Shown here: piece by piece, positions 1 to 15,759 of the stretch
Layout of the letters: the number at the start of each line of letters is the position of its first letter
Position numbering within the stretch: the first letter of the stretch is position 1
From: Eledone cirrhosa
Lineage: Eukaryota
Reading direction: 5' to 3'
Assembly (NCBI GenBank): GCA_964016885.1
Contig: OZ024741.1
Location: 254,572,001-254,636,000 of the forward strand
Length of the DNA stretch: 64,000 nucleotides
Notes under the pieces: generated by a model
Told to the model about the DNA's origin: nothing
The model's database searches: none
The model's input: the letters and a program-made list of their open reading frames with translations, nothing else
Made by a program: the position numbers and the translations under genes

Positions 1-3000
1 AAACAGCAACAACAACAACACTGGCACTGACAGAGAAAACAGCAACAACTACAACAACACTGTCACTGACACAGAAAACAGCAACAACTACAACAACACT
101 GGCACTGACAGTGAAAACAGCAACAACTACAACAACATTGGCACTGACAGAGAAAACAGCAACAACACTGGCACTGACACAGAAAACAGCAACAACTACA
201 ACAGAACTGGCACTGACAGAGAAAACAGCAACAACTACAACAACACTGGCACTGACAGAGAAAACAGCAACAACTACAACAACACTGGCACTGACACAGA
301 AAACAGCAACAACAACAACACTGGCACTGACACAGAAAACAGCAACAACTACAACAACACTGGCACTGACAGAGAAAACAGCAACAACAACAACACTGGC
401 ACTGACAGAGTAAACAGCAACAACTACAACAACACTGGCACTGACAGAGAAAACAGCAACAACTACAACAACACTGGCACTGACACAGAAAACAGCAACA
501 ACTACAACAACAGTGGCACTGACAGAGAAAACAGCAACAACAACAACACTGTCACTGACAGAGAAAACAGCAACAACAACAACACTCGCACTGACAGAGA
601 AAACAGCAACAACAACAACACCGGCACTGACACAGAAAACAGCAACAACTACAACAACACTGGCACTGACAGAGAAAACAGCAACAACTACAACAACACT
701 GGCACTGACAGAGAAAACAGCAACAACAACAACAACACTGGCACTGACACAGAAAACAGCAACAACAACAGTGGCACTGACACAGAAAACAGCAACAACA
801 GCAACAATAACACTGGCACTGGCACAGAAAACAGCAACAGCAACAACAACAACAACACTGGAACTGACACAGAAAACAGCAACAGTAACAACAACAACAC
901 TGGCACTGACACAGAAAACAGCAACAGCAAGAACACTGGCACTGACACAGAAAACAGCAACAACTACAACAACACTGGCACGGAAAACAGCAACAACAGC
1001 AACAACAACACTGGCACTGACACAGAAAACAGCAACAACAGCAACAACAACACTGGCAGTGACACAGAAATCAGCAACAACAGCAACAACAGTGGCACTG
1101 ACACAGAAAACAGCAACAACAGGAACAATAACACTGGCACTGGCACAGAAAACAGCAACAGTAACAACAACAACACTGGCACTGACACAGAAAACAGCAA
1201 CAACAACAGTGGCACTGACACAGAAAACAGCAACAAGAACAGTGGCACTGACACAGAAAACAGCAACAGTAACAACAACAACACTGGCACTGACACAGAA
1301 AACAGCAACAACAACAACACTGGCACTGACAGTGAAAATAGCAACAACAACACTGGCACTGACAGAGAAAACAGCAACAACAACAACAACACTGGCACTG
1401 ACAGAGAAAACATCAACAACTACAACACTGGCACTGACAGAGAAAACAGCAACAACAACAACAACACTGGCACTGACAGAGAAAACAGCAACAACTACAA
1501 CAACACTGGCACTGACACAGAAAACAGCAACAACAACAACAAAACTGGCACTGACAGAGAAAACAGCAACAACTACAACAACACTGGCACTGTCAGAGAA
1601 AACAGCAACAACAACAACACTGGCACTGACACAGAAAACAGCAACAACTACAACACTGGCACTGACAGAGAAAACAGCAACAACTACAACAACACTGGCA
1701 CTGACAGAGAAAACAGCAACAGCAACAACACTGGCACTGACACAGAAAACCGCAACAAAAGCAACAACACTGGGACTGACACAGAAAACAGCAACAACAG
1801 CAATAACAATGGCACTGACACAGAAAACAGCAACAACAACAACACTGGTACTGACAGAGAAAACAGCAACAACAACACTGGCACTGACAGAGAAAACAGC
1901 AACAACAACAACACTGGCACTGACACAGAAAACAGCAACAACAGTGGCACTGACACAGAAAACAGCAACAACTACAACAACACTGGCACTGACAGAGAAA
2001 ACAGCAACAACAACAACACTGGCACTGACACAGAAAACAGCAACAACTTCAACAACACTGGCACTGACAGAGAAAACAGCAACAACAACAACAACACTGC
2101 CACTGACACAGAAAACAGCAACAACTACAACAACACTGGCACTGACAGAGAAAATAGCAACAACTACAACAACACTGGCACTGACACAGAAAACAGCAAC
2201 AACTACAACAACACTGGCACTGACACAGAAAACAGCAACAACAACAATAACACTGGCACTGACACAGAAAACAGCAACAACAACGACACTGGCACTGACA
2301 GTGAAAATAGCAACAACAACAACACTGGCACTGACAGAGAAAACAGCAACAACTACAACAACACTGGCACTGACACAGAAAACAGCAACAACTTCAACAA
2401 CACTGGCACTGACAGAGAAAACAGCAACAACAACAACACTGGCACTGACACAGAAAACAGCAACAACTACAACAACACTGGCACTGACAGAGAAAACAGC
2501 AACAACTACAACAACACTGGCACTGACAGAGAAAACAGCAACAACTACAACAACACTGGCACTGACACAGAAAACAGCAACAACTACAACAACACTGGCA
2601 ATGACAGTGAAAACAGCAACAACTACAACAACATTGGCACTGACAGAGAAAACAGCAACAACAACAACACCGGCACTGACACAGAAAACAGCAACAACTA
2701 CAACAACACTGGCACTGACAGAGAAAACAGCAACAACTACAACAACACTTGCACTGACAGAGAAAACAGCAACAACAACAACACTGGCACTGGCACAGAA
2801 ATCAGCAACAACTACAACAACACTGGCACTGACAGAGAAAACAGCAACAACTACAACAACACTGGCACTGACAGAGAAAACAGCAACAGCAACAACACTG
2901 GCACTGGCACAGAAAACAGCAACAACAGCAACAACACTGGCACTGACACAGAAAACAGCAACAACAGCAACAACAACACTGGCACTGACACAGAAAACAG

Positions 3001-6000
3001 CAACAACAACAACACTGGCACTGACAGAGAAAACAGCAACAACAACACTGGCACTGACAGAGAAAACAGCAACAACAACACTGGCACTGACACAGAAAAC
3101 AGCAACAACAGCAACAACAACAGTGGCACTGACACAGAAAACAGCAACAACAGCAACAATAACACTGGCACTGGCACAGAAAACAGCAACAGCAACAACA
3201 ACAACAACACTGGCACTGACAGAGAAAACAGCAACAACTACAACACTGGCACTGACAGAGAAAACAGCAACAACAACAACAACACTGGCACTGACAGAGA
3301 AAACAGCAACAACTACAACAACACTTGCACTGACACAGAAAACAGCAACAGCAACAACAACAACAACACTGGCACTGACAGAGAAAACAGCAACAACTAC
3401 AAAACTGGCACTGACAGAGAAAACAGCAACAACTACAACAACACTGGCACTGACAGAGAAAACAGCAACAACAACAACACTGGCACTGACACAGAAAACA
3501 GCAACAACTACAACAACACTGGCACTGACACAGAAAACCGCAACAACAGCAACAACAACACTGGGACTGACACAGAAAACAGCAACAACAGCAATAACAA
3601 TGGCACTGACACAGAAAACAGCAACAACAACAACACTGGCACTGACAGAGAAAACAGCAACAACAACACTGGCACTGACAGAGAAAACAGCAACAGCAAC
3701 AACACTGGCACTGACACAGAAAACAGCAACAACAACAGTGGCACTGACACAGAAAACAGCAACAACTACAACAACACTGGCACTGACAGAGAAAACAGCA
3801 ACAACAACAACACTGGCACTGACACAGAAAACAGCAACAACTACAACAACACTGGCACTGACACAGAAAACAGCAACAACTTCAACAACACTGGCACTGA
3901 CACAGAAAACAGCAACAACTACAACAAAACTGGCACTGACAGAGAAAACAGCAACAACAACAATAACACTGGCACTGACACAGAAAACAGCAACAACAAC
4001 AACACTGGCACTGACAGTGAAAATAGCAACAACAACAACACTGGCACTGACAGAGAAAACAGCAACAACTACAACAACACTGGCACTGACAGAGAAAACA
4101 GCAACAACTACAACAACACTGGCACTCACAGAGAAAACAGCAACAACTACAACAACACTGGCACTGACAGAGAAAACAGCAACAACTACAACAACACTGG
4201 CACTGACAGAGAAAACAGCAACAACTACAACAACACTGGCACTGACACAGAAAACAGCAACAACTACAACAACACTGGCACTGACAGTGAAAACAGCAAC
4301 AACTACAACAACATTGGCACTGACAGAGAAAACAGCAACAACAACAACACCGGCACTGACACAGAAAACAGCAACAACTACAACAACACTGGCACTGACA
4401 GAGAAAACAGCAACAACTACAAGAACACTGGCACTGACAGAGAAAACAGCAACAACAACAACACTGGCACTGACACAGAAAACAGCAACAACTACAACAA
4501 CACTGGCACTGACAGAGAAAACAGCAACAACTACAACAACACTGGCACTGACAGAGAAAACAGCAACAGCAACAACACTGGCACTGGCACAGAAAACAGC
4601 AACAACAGCAACAACACTGGCACTGACACAGAAACCAGCAACAACAGCAACAACAACACTGGCACTGACACAGAAAACAGCAACAACAACAACACTGGCA
4701 CTGACAGAGAAAACAGCAACAACAACACTGGCACTGACAGAGAAAACAGCAACAACAACACTGGCACTGACACAGAAAACAGCAACAACAGCAACAACAG
4801 CAGTGGCACTGACACAGAAAACAGCAACAACAGCAACAATAACACTGGCACTGGCACAGAAAACAGCAACAACTACAACAACACTGGCACTGACAGAGAA
4901 AACAGCAACAACTACAACACTGGCACAGACAGAGAAAACAGCAACAACAACAACACTGGCACTGACAGAGAAAACAGCAACAACTACAACAACACTTGCA
5001 CTGACACAGAAAACAGCAACAGCAACAACAACAACAACACTGGCACTGACAGAGAAAACAGCAACTACAAAACTGGCACTGACAGAGAAAACAGCAACAA
5101 CAACAACAACACTGGCACTGACACAGAAAACAGCAACAACTACAACAACACTGGCACTGACAGAGAAAACAGCAACAACTACAACAACACTGGCACTGAC
5201 AGAGAAAACAGCAACAACTACAACAACAATGGCACTGACACAGAAAACAGCAACAACTACAACAACACTGGCACTGACACAGAAAACAGCAACAACAACA
5301 ATAACACTGGCACTGACACAGAAAACAGCAACAACTTCAACAACACTGGCACTGACAGTGAAAATAGCAACAACAACAACACTGGCACTGACAGAGAAAA
5401 CAGCAACAACTACAACAACACTGGCACTGACACAGAAAACAGCAACAACTTCAACAACACTGGCACTGACAGAGAAAACAGCAACAACAACAACACTGGC
5501 ACTGACAGAGAAAACAGCAACAACTACAACAACACTGTCACTGACACAGAAAACAGCAACAACTACAACAACACTGGCACTGACAGTGAAAACAGCAACA
5601 ACTACAACAACATTGGCACTGACAGAGAAAACAGCAACAACACTGGCACTGACACAGAAAACAGCAACAACTACAACAGAACTGGCACTGACAGAGAAAA
5701 CAGCAACAACTACAACAACACTGGCACTGACAGAGAAAACAGCAACAACTACAACAACACTGGCACTGACACAGAAAACAGCAACAACAACAACACTGGC
5801 ACTGACACAGAAAACAGCAACAACTACAACAACACTGGCACTGACAGAGAAAACAGCAACAACAACAACACTGGCACTGACAGAGTAAACAGCAACAACT
5901 ACAACAACACTGGCACTGACAGAGAAAACAGCAACAACTACAACAACACTGGCACTGACACAGAAAACAGCAACAACTACAACAACAGTGGCACTGACAG

Positions 6001-9000
6001 AGAAAACAGCAACAACAACAACACTGTCACTGACAGAGAAAACAGCAACAACAACAACACTCGCACTGACAGAGAAAACAGCAACAACAACAACACCGGC
6101 ACTGACACAGAAAACAGCAACAACTACAACAACACTGGCACTGACAGAGAAAACAGCAACAACTACAACAACACTGGCACTGACAGAGAAAACAGCAACA
6201 ACAACAACAACACTGGCACTGACACAGAAAACAGCAACAACAACAGTGGCACTGACACAGAAAACAGCAACAACAGCAACAATAACACTGGCACTGGCAC
6301 AGAAAACAGCAACAGCAACAACAACAACAACACTGGAACTGACACAGAAAACAGCAACAGTAACAACAACAACACTGGCACTGACACAGAAAACAGCAAC
6401 AGCAAGAACACTGGCACTGACACAGAAAACAGCAACAACTACAACAACACTGGCACGGAAAACAGCAACAACAGCAACAACAACACTGGCACTGACACAG
6501 AAAACAGCAACAACAGCAACAACAACACTGGCAGTGACACAGAAATCAGCAACAACAGCAACAACAGTGGCACTGACACAGAAAACAGCAACAACAGGAA
6601 CAATAACACTGGCACTGGCACAGAAAACAGCAACAGTAACAACAACAACACTGGCACTGACACAGAAAACAGCAACAACAACAGTGGCACTGACACAGAA
6701 AACAGCAACAAGAACAGTGGCACTGACACAGAAAACAGCAACAGTAACAACAACAACACTGGCACTGACACAGAAAACAGCAACAACAACAACACTGGCA
6801 CTGACAGTGAAAATAGCAACAACAACACTGGCACTGACAGAGAAAACAGCAACAACAACAACAACACTGGCACTGACAGAGAAAACATCAACAACTACAA
6901 CACTGGCACTGACAGAGAAAACAGCAACAACAACAACAACACTGGCACTGACAGAGAAAACAGCAACAACTACAACAACACTGGCACTGACACAGAAAAC
7001 AGCAACAACAACAACAAAACTGGCACTGACAGAGAAAACAGCAACAACTACAACAACACTGGCACTGTCAGAGAAAACAGCAACAACAACAACACTGGCA
7101 CTGACACAGAAAACAGCAACAACTACAACACTGGCACTGACAGAGAAAACAGCAACAACTACAACAACACTGGCACTGACAGAGAAAACAGCAACAGCAA
7201 CAACACTGGCACTGACACAGAAAACCGCAACAAAAGCAACAACACTGGGACTGACACAGAAAACAGCAACAACAGCAATAACAATGGCACTGACACAGAA
7301 AACAGCAACAACAACAACACTGGTACTGACAGAGAAAACAGCAACAACAACACTGGCACTGACAGAGAAAACAGCAACAACAACAACACTGGCACTGACA
7401 CAGAAAACAGCAACAACAGTGGCACTGACACAGAAAACAGCAACAACTACAACAACACTGGCACTGACAGAGAAAACAGCAACAACAACAACACTGGCAC
7501 TGACACAGAAAACAGCAACAACTTCAACAACACTGGCACTGACAGAGAAAACAGCAACAACAACAACAACACTGCCACTGACACAGAAAACAGCAACAAC
7601 TACAACAACACTGGCACTGACAGAGAAAATAGCAACAACTACAACAACACTGGCACTGACACAGAAAACAGCAACAACTACAACAACACTGGCACTGACA
7701 CAGAAAACAGCAACAACAACAATAACACTGGCACTGACACAGAAAACAGCAACAACAACGACACTGGCACTGACAGTGAAAATAGCAACAACAACAACAC
7801 TGGCACTGACAGAGAAAACAGCAACAACTACAACAACACTGGCACTGACACAGAAAACAGCAACAACTTCAACAACACTGGCACTGACAGAGAAAACAGC
7901 AACAACAACAACACTGGCACTGACACAGAAAACAGCAACAACTACAACAACACTGGCACTGACAGAGAAAACAGCAACAACTACAACAACACTGGCACTG
8001 ACAGAGAAAACAGCAACAACTACAACAACACTGGCACTGACACAGAAAACAGCAACAACTACAACAACACTGGCAATGACAGTGAAAACAGCAACAACTA
8101 CAACAACATTGGCACTGACAGAGAAAACAGCAACAACAACAACACCGGCACTGACACAGAAAACAGCAACAACTACAACAACACTGGCACTGACAGAGAA
8201 AACAGCAACAACTACAACAACACTTGCACTGACAGAGAAAACAGCAACAACAACAACACTGGCACTGGCACAGAAATCAGCAACAACTACAACAACACTG
8301 GCACTGACAGAGAAAACAGCAACAACTACAACAACACTGGCACTGACAGAGAAAACAGCAACAGCAACAACACTGGCACTGGCACAGAAAACAGCAACAA
8401 CAGCAACAACACTGGCACTGACACAGAAAACAGCAACAACAGCAACAACAACACTGGCACTGACACAGAAAACAGCAACAACAACAACACTGGCACTGAC
8501 AGAGAAAACAGCAACAACAACACTGGCACTGACAGAGAAAACAGCAACAACAACACTGGCACTGACACAGAAAACAGCAACAACAGCAACAACAACAGTG
8601 GCACTGACACAGAAAACAGCAACAACAGCAACAATAACACTGGCACTGGCACAGAAAACAGCAACAGCAACAACAACAACAACACTGGCACTGACAGAGA
8701 AAACAGCAACAACTACAACACTGGCACTGACAGAGAAAACAGCAACAACAACAACAACACTGGCACTGACAGAGAAAACAGCAACAACTACAACAACACT
8801 TGCACTGACACAGAAAACAGCAACAGCAACAACAACAACAACACTGGCACTGACAGAGAAAACAGCAACAACTACAAAACTGGCACTGACAGAGAAAACA
8901 GCAACAACTACAACAACACTGGCACTGACAGAGAAAACAGCAACAACAACAACACTGGCACTGACACAGAAAACAGCAACAACTACAACAACACTGGCAC

Positions 9001-9013
9001 TGACACAGAAAAC
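1..9013 (+). repeat. Higher-order tandem duplication, period 5,475 bp (1-~3538 repeated at 5476-~9013)
   Basis: Rare markers recur at an offset of exactly 5475: TAA variant 411/5886, CTCGCA 585/6060, core deletion GCACGGAAA 978/6453, ACG 2283/7758. ORF-track pairs 513/5988, 688/6163, 964/6439, 1684/7159 and 2851/8326 have matching translations. The copies diverge at 3539 vs 9014. Confidence 0.95.
1740..4870 (+). repeat. Older internal duplication of ~1.7-1.8 kb inside the 5,475-bp unit
   Basis: GCAATAACAATG at 1800/3591 preceded by the CTGGGACTG variant in both copies; GTGAAAACA..TTG..CCG series at ~2607/~4287; ORF-track 2851/4531 (offset 1680). Confidence 0.75.
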
Positions 9014-11489
9014 AGCAACAACTACAACAAAATGGCACTGACACAGAAAACAGCAACAACAACAACACTGGCACTGACAGAGAAAACAGCAACAACAACA
9101 ACACTGGCACTGACAGAGAAAACAGCAACAACAACAACAACACTGGCACTGACAGAGAAAACATCAACAACTACAACACTGGCACTGACAGAGAAAACAG
9201 CAACAACAACATCAACACTGGCACTGACAGAGAAAACAGCAACAACTACAACAACACTGGCACTGACACAGAAAACAGCAACAACAACAACAAAACTGGC
9301 ACTGACAGAGAAAACAGCAACAACTACAACAACACTGGCACTGACAGAGAAAACAGCAACAACAACAACACTGGCACTGACAGAGAAAACAGCAACAACA
9401 ACAACACTGGCACTGACAGAGAAAACAGCAACAACAACAACACCGGCACTGACACAGAAAACAGCAACAACTACAACAACACTGGCACTGACAGAGAAAA
9501 CAGCAACAACTACAACAACACTGGCACTGTCAGAGAAAACAGCAACAACAACAACACTGGCACTGACACAGAAAACAGCAACAGCAACAACACTGGCACT
9601 GACACAGAAAACAGCAACAACAGCAACAACAACACTGGCACTGACACAGAAAACCGCAACAACAGCAATAACAATGGCACTGACACAGAAAACAGCAACA
9701 ACAACACTGGCACTGACAGAGAAAACAGCAACAACAACATTGGCACTGACAGAGAAAACAGCAACAACAACAACACTGGCACTGACACAGAAAACAGCAA
9801 CAACAACAGTGGCACTGACACAGAAAACAGCAACAACTACAACAACACTGGCACTGACAGAGAAAACAGCAACAACAACAACACTGGCACTGACACAGAA
9901 AACAGCAACAACTACAACAACACTGGCACTGACAGAGAAAACAGCAACAACTACAACAACACTGGCACTGACAGAGAAAACAGCAACAACTACAACAACA
10001 CTGACACTGACACAGAAAACAGCAACAACAACAACACTGGCACTGACAGAGAAAACAGCAACAACAACAACACTGGCACTGACACAGAAAACAGCAACAA
10101 CAGCAACAGCACTGGCACTGACACAGAAAACAGCAACAACTACAACAACACTGGCACTGACAGAGAAAACAGCAACAACTACAACAACACTGGCACTGAC
10201 AGAGAAAACAGCAACAACAACAACACTGGCACTGACACAGAAAACAGCAACAACTACAACAACACTGGCACTGACAGAGAAAACAGCAACAACTACAACA
10301 ACACTGTCACTGACACAGAAAACAGCAACAGCAACAACACTGGCACTGACACAGAAAACAGCAACAACAGCAACAACAACACTGGCACTGACACAGAAAA
10401 CAGCAACAACAACAGTGGCACTGACACAGAAAACAGCAACAACTACAACAACACTGGCACTGACAGAGAAAACAGCAACAACAACAGTGGCACTGACAGA
10501 GAAAACAGCAACAACAACAACACTGGCACTGACAGAGAAAACAGCAACAACAACAACACTGGCACTGACACAGAAAACAGCAACAACTACAACAACACTG
10601 GCACTGACAGAGAAAACAGCAACAACTACAACAACACTGGCACTGACAGAGAAAACAGCAACAGCAACAACACTGGCACTGGCACAGAAAACAGCAACAA
10701 CAGCAACAACACTGGCACTGACACAGAAAACAGCAACAACAGCAACAACAACACTGGCACTGACACAGAAAACAGCAACAACAACAACACTGGCACTGAC
10801 AGAGAAAACAGCAACAACAACACTGGCACTGACAGAGAAAACAGCAACAACAACACTGGCACTGACACAGAAAACAGCAACAACAGCAACAACAACAGTG
10901 GCACTGACACAGAAAACAGCAACAACAGCAACAATAACACTGGCACTGGCACAGAAAACAGCAACAGCAACAACAACAACAACACTGGCACTGACAGAGA
11001 AAACAGCAACAACTACAACACTGGCACAGACAGAGAAAACAGCAACAACAACAACAACACTGGCACTGACAGAGAAAACAGCAACAACTACAACAACACT
11101 TGCACTGACACAGAAAACAGCAAATGCAACAACAACAACAACACTGGCACTGACAGAGAAAACAGCAACAACTACAAAACTGGCACTGACAGAGAAAACA
11201 GCAACAACTACAACAACACTGGCACTGACACAGAAAACAGCAACAACTTCAACAACACTGGCACTGACAGAGAAAACAGCAACAACAACAACAACACTGG
11301 CACTGACACAGAAAACAGCAACAACTACAACAACACTGGCACTGACAGAGAAAACAGCAACAACTACAACAACACTGGCACTGACAGAGAAAACAGCAAC
11401 AACTACAACAACAATGGCACTGACACAGAAAACAGCAACAACTACAACAACACTGGCACTGACACAGAAAACAACAACAAAAACACTGG

Positions 11490-14400
11490 CTATGACACAG
11501 AAAACAGCAACAACTACAACAACACTGTCACTGACACAGAAAACAGCAACAAATACAACAACACTGGCACTGACAGTGAAAACAGCAACAACTACAACAA
11601 CATTGGCACTGACAGAGAAAACAGCAACAACAACAACACTGGCACTGACACAGAAAACAGCAACAACTACAACAAAACTGGCACTGACAGAGAAAACAGC
11701 AACAACTACAACAACACTGGCACTGACAGAGAAAACAGCAACAACTACAACAACACTGGCACTGACAGAGAAAACAGCAACAACAACAACACTGGCACTG
11801 ACAGAGTAAACAGCAACAACTACAACAACACTGGCACTGACAGAGAAAACAGCAACAACTACAACAACACTGGCACTGACACAGAAAACAGCAACAACTA
11901 CAACAACAGTGGCACTGACAGAGAAAACAGCAACAACAACAACACTGGCACTGACAGAGAAAACAGCAACAACAACAACACTGGCACTGACAGAGAAAAC
12001 AGCAACAACAACAACACCGGCACTGACACAGAAAACAGCAACAACTACAACAACACTGGCACTGACAGAGAAAACAGCAACAACTACAACAACACTGGCA
12101 CTGACAGAGAAAACAGCAACAACAACAACACTGGCACTGACACAGAAAACAGCAACAACAGCAACAACAACAGTGGCACTGACACAGAAAACAGCAACAA
12201 CAGCAACAATAACACTGGCACTGGCACAGAAAACAGCAACAGCAACAACAACAACACTGGAACTGACACAGAAAACAGCAACAGTAACAACAACAACACT
12301 GGCACTGACACAGGAAAACAGCAACAGCAAGAACACTGGCACTGACACAGAAAACAGCAACAACTACAACAACACTGGCACGGAAAACAGCAACAACAGC
12401 AACAACAACACTGGCACTGACACAGAAAACAGCAACAACAGCAACAACAACACTGGCACTGACACAGAAAACAGCAACAACAGCAACAACAGTGGCTCTG
12501 ACACAGAAAACAGCAACAACAGGAACAATAACACTGGCACTGGCACAGAAAACAGCAACAGTAACAACAACAACACTGGCACTGACACAGAAAACAGCAA
12601 CAACAACAGTGGCACTGACACAGAAAACAGCAACAAGAACAGTGGCACTGACACAGAAAACAGCAACAGTAACAACAACAACACTGGCACTGACACAGAA
12701 AACAGCAACAACAACAACACTGGCACTGACAGTGAAAATAGCAACAACAACACTGGCACTGACAGAGAAAACAGCAACAACAACAACAACACTGGCACTG
12801 ACAGAGAAAACATCAACAACTACAACACTGGCACTGACAGAGAAAACAGCAACAACAACAACAACACTGGCACTGACAGAGAAAACAGCAACAACTACAA
12901 CAACACTGGCACTGACACAGAAAACAGCAACAACAACAACAAAACTGGCACTGACAGAGAAAACAGCAACAACTACAACAACACTGGCACTGACAGAGAA
13001 AACAGCAACAACAACAACACTGGCACTGACAGAGAAAACAGCAACAACAACAACACTGGCACTGACAGAGAAAACAGCAACAACAACAACACCGGCACTG
13101 ACACAGAAAACAGCAACAACTACAACAACACTGGCACTGACAGAGAAAACAGCAACAACTACAACAACACTGGCACTGTCAGAGAAAACAGCAACAACAA
13201 CAACACTGGCACTGACACAGAAAACAGCAACAACTACAACACTGGCACTGACAGAGAAAACAGCAACAACTACAACAACACTGGCACTGACAGAGAAAAC
13301 AGCAACAGCAACAACACTGGCACTGACACAGAAAACCGCAACAAAAGCAACAACACTGGGACTGACACAGAAAACAGCAACAACAGCAATAACAATGGCA
13401 CTGACACAGAAAACAGCAACAACAACAACACTGGCACTGACAGAGAAAACAGCAACAACAACACTGGCACTGACAGAGAAAACAGCAACAACAACAACAC
13501 TGGCACTGACACAGAAAACAGCAACAACAGTGGCACTGACACAGAAAACAGCAACAACTACAACAACACTGGCACTGACAGAGAAAACAGCAACAACAAC
13601 AACACTGGCACTGACACAGAAAACAGCAACAACTTCAACAACACTGGCACTGACAGAGAAAACAGCAACAACAACAACAACACTGCCACTGACACAGAAA
13701 ACAGCAACAACTACAACAACACTGGCACTGACAGAGAAAATAGCAACAACTACAACAACACTGGCACTGACACAGAAAACAGCAACAACTACAACAACAC
13801 TGGCACTGACACAGAAAACAGCAACAACAACAATAACACTGGCACTGACACAGAAAACAGCAACAACAACGACACTGGCACTGACAGTGAAAATAGCAAC
13901 AACAACAACACTGGCACTGACAGAGAAAACAGCAACAACTACAACAACACTGGCACTGACACAGAAAACAGCAACAACTTCAACAACACTGGCACTGACA
14001 GAGAAAACAGCAACAACAACAACACTGGCACTGACACAGAAAACAGCAACAACTACAACAACACTGGCACTGACAGAGAAAACAGCAACAACTACAACAA
14101 CACTGGCACTGACAGAGAAAACAGCAACAACTACAACAACACTGGCACTGACACAGAAAACAGCAACAACTACAACAACACTGGCAATGACAGTGAAAAC
14201 AGCAACAACTACAACAACATTGGCACTGACAGAGAAAACAGCAACAACAACAACACCGGCACTGACACAGAAAACAGCAACAACTACAACAACACTGGCA
14301 CTGACAGAGAAAACAGCAACAACTACAACAACACTTGCACTGACAGAGAAAACAGCAACAACAACAACACTGGCACTGGCACAGAAATCAGCAACAACTA

Positions 14401-15142
14401 CAACAACACTGGCACTGACAGAGAAAACAGCAACAACTACAACAACACTGGCACTGACAGAGAAAACAGCAACAGCAACAACACTGGCACTGGCACAGAA
14501 AACAGCAACAACAGCAACAACACTGGCACTGACACAGAAAACAGCAACAACAGCAACAACAACACTGGCACTGACACAGAAAACAGCAACAACAACAACA
14601 CTGGCACTGACAGAGAAAACAGCAACAACAACACTGGCACTGACAGAGAAAACAGCAACAACAACAATGGCACTGACACAGAAAACAGCAACAACAGCAA
14701 CAACAACAGTGGCACTGACACAGAAAACAGCAACAACAGCAACAATAACACTGGCACTGGCACAGAAAACAGCAACAGCAACAACAACAACAACACTGGC
14801 ACTGACAGAGAAAACAGCAACAACTACAACACTGGCACTGACAGAGAAAACAGCAACAACAACAACAACACTGGCACTGACAGAGAAAACAGCAACAACT
14901 ACAACAACACTTGCACTGACACAGAAAACAGCAACAGCAACAACAACAACAACACTGGCACTGACAGAGAAAACAGCAACAACTACAAAACTGGCACTGA
15001 CAGAGAAAACAGCAACAACTACAACAACACTGGCACTGACAGAGAAAACAGCAATAACAACAACACTGGCACTGACACAGAAAACAGCAACAACTACAAC
15101 AACACTGGCACTGACACAGAAAACAGCAACAACTACAACAAA
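11490..15142 (+). repeat. Third, slightly diverged copy of the 5,475-bp unit's left part
   Basis: TAA variant at 11807 and GCACGGAAA at 12378. ORF-track offsets are 11400 (964/12364) then 11586 (1684/13270, 2851/14437), implying 186 bp of extra monomers near 13.0-13.15 kb. It ends at the same 1-bp deletion as copy 2 (~9031/~15142). Confidence 0.9.
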
Positions 15143-15759
15143 CTGGCACTGACACAGAAAACAGCAACAACAACAACACTGGCACTGACAGAGAAAACAG
15201 CAACAACAACAACACTGGCACTGACAGAGAAAACAGCAACAACAACAACACCGGCACTGACACAGAAAACAGCAACAACAACACTGTCACTGACACAGAA
15301 AACAGCAACAACTACAACAACACTGGCACTGACAGAGAAAACAGCAACAACTACAACAACACTGGCACTGACACAGAAAACAGCAACAACTACAACAACA
15401 CTGGCACTGACAGAGAAAACAGCAACAACAACAACACTGGCACTGACATAGAAAACAGCAACAACTACAACAACACTGGCACTGACAGAGAAAACAGCAA
15501 CAACTACAACAACACTGGCACTCACAGAGAAAACAGCAACAACTACAACAACACTGGCACTGACACAGAAAACAGCAACAACTACAACAACACTGGCACT
15601 GACACAGAAAACAGCAACAACTACAACAACACTGGCACTGACACAGAAAACAGCAACAACAACAACACTGACACTGACAGAGAAAACAGCAACAACAACA
15701 ACACTGGCACTGACAGAGAAAACAGCAACAACAACAACACTGGCACTGACAGAGAAAAC

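Noticed and set aside
331-359. RAG recombination-signal-like motif CACAGAA-13 nt-ACAACAACA in C-form 39-bp monomers
   Set aside because: The heptamer matches 5/7 and the nonamer 7/9, with the A-run broken and a 13-nt spacer. This is expected by chance in CA-rich low-complexity DNA.
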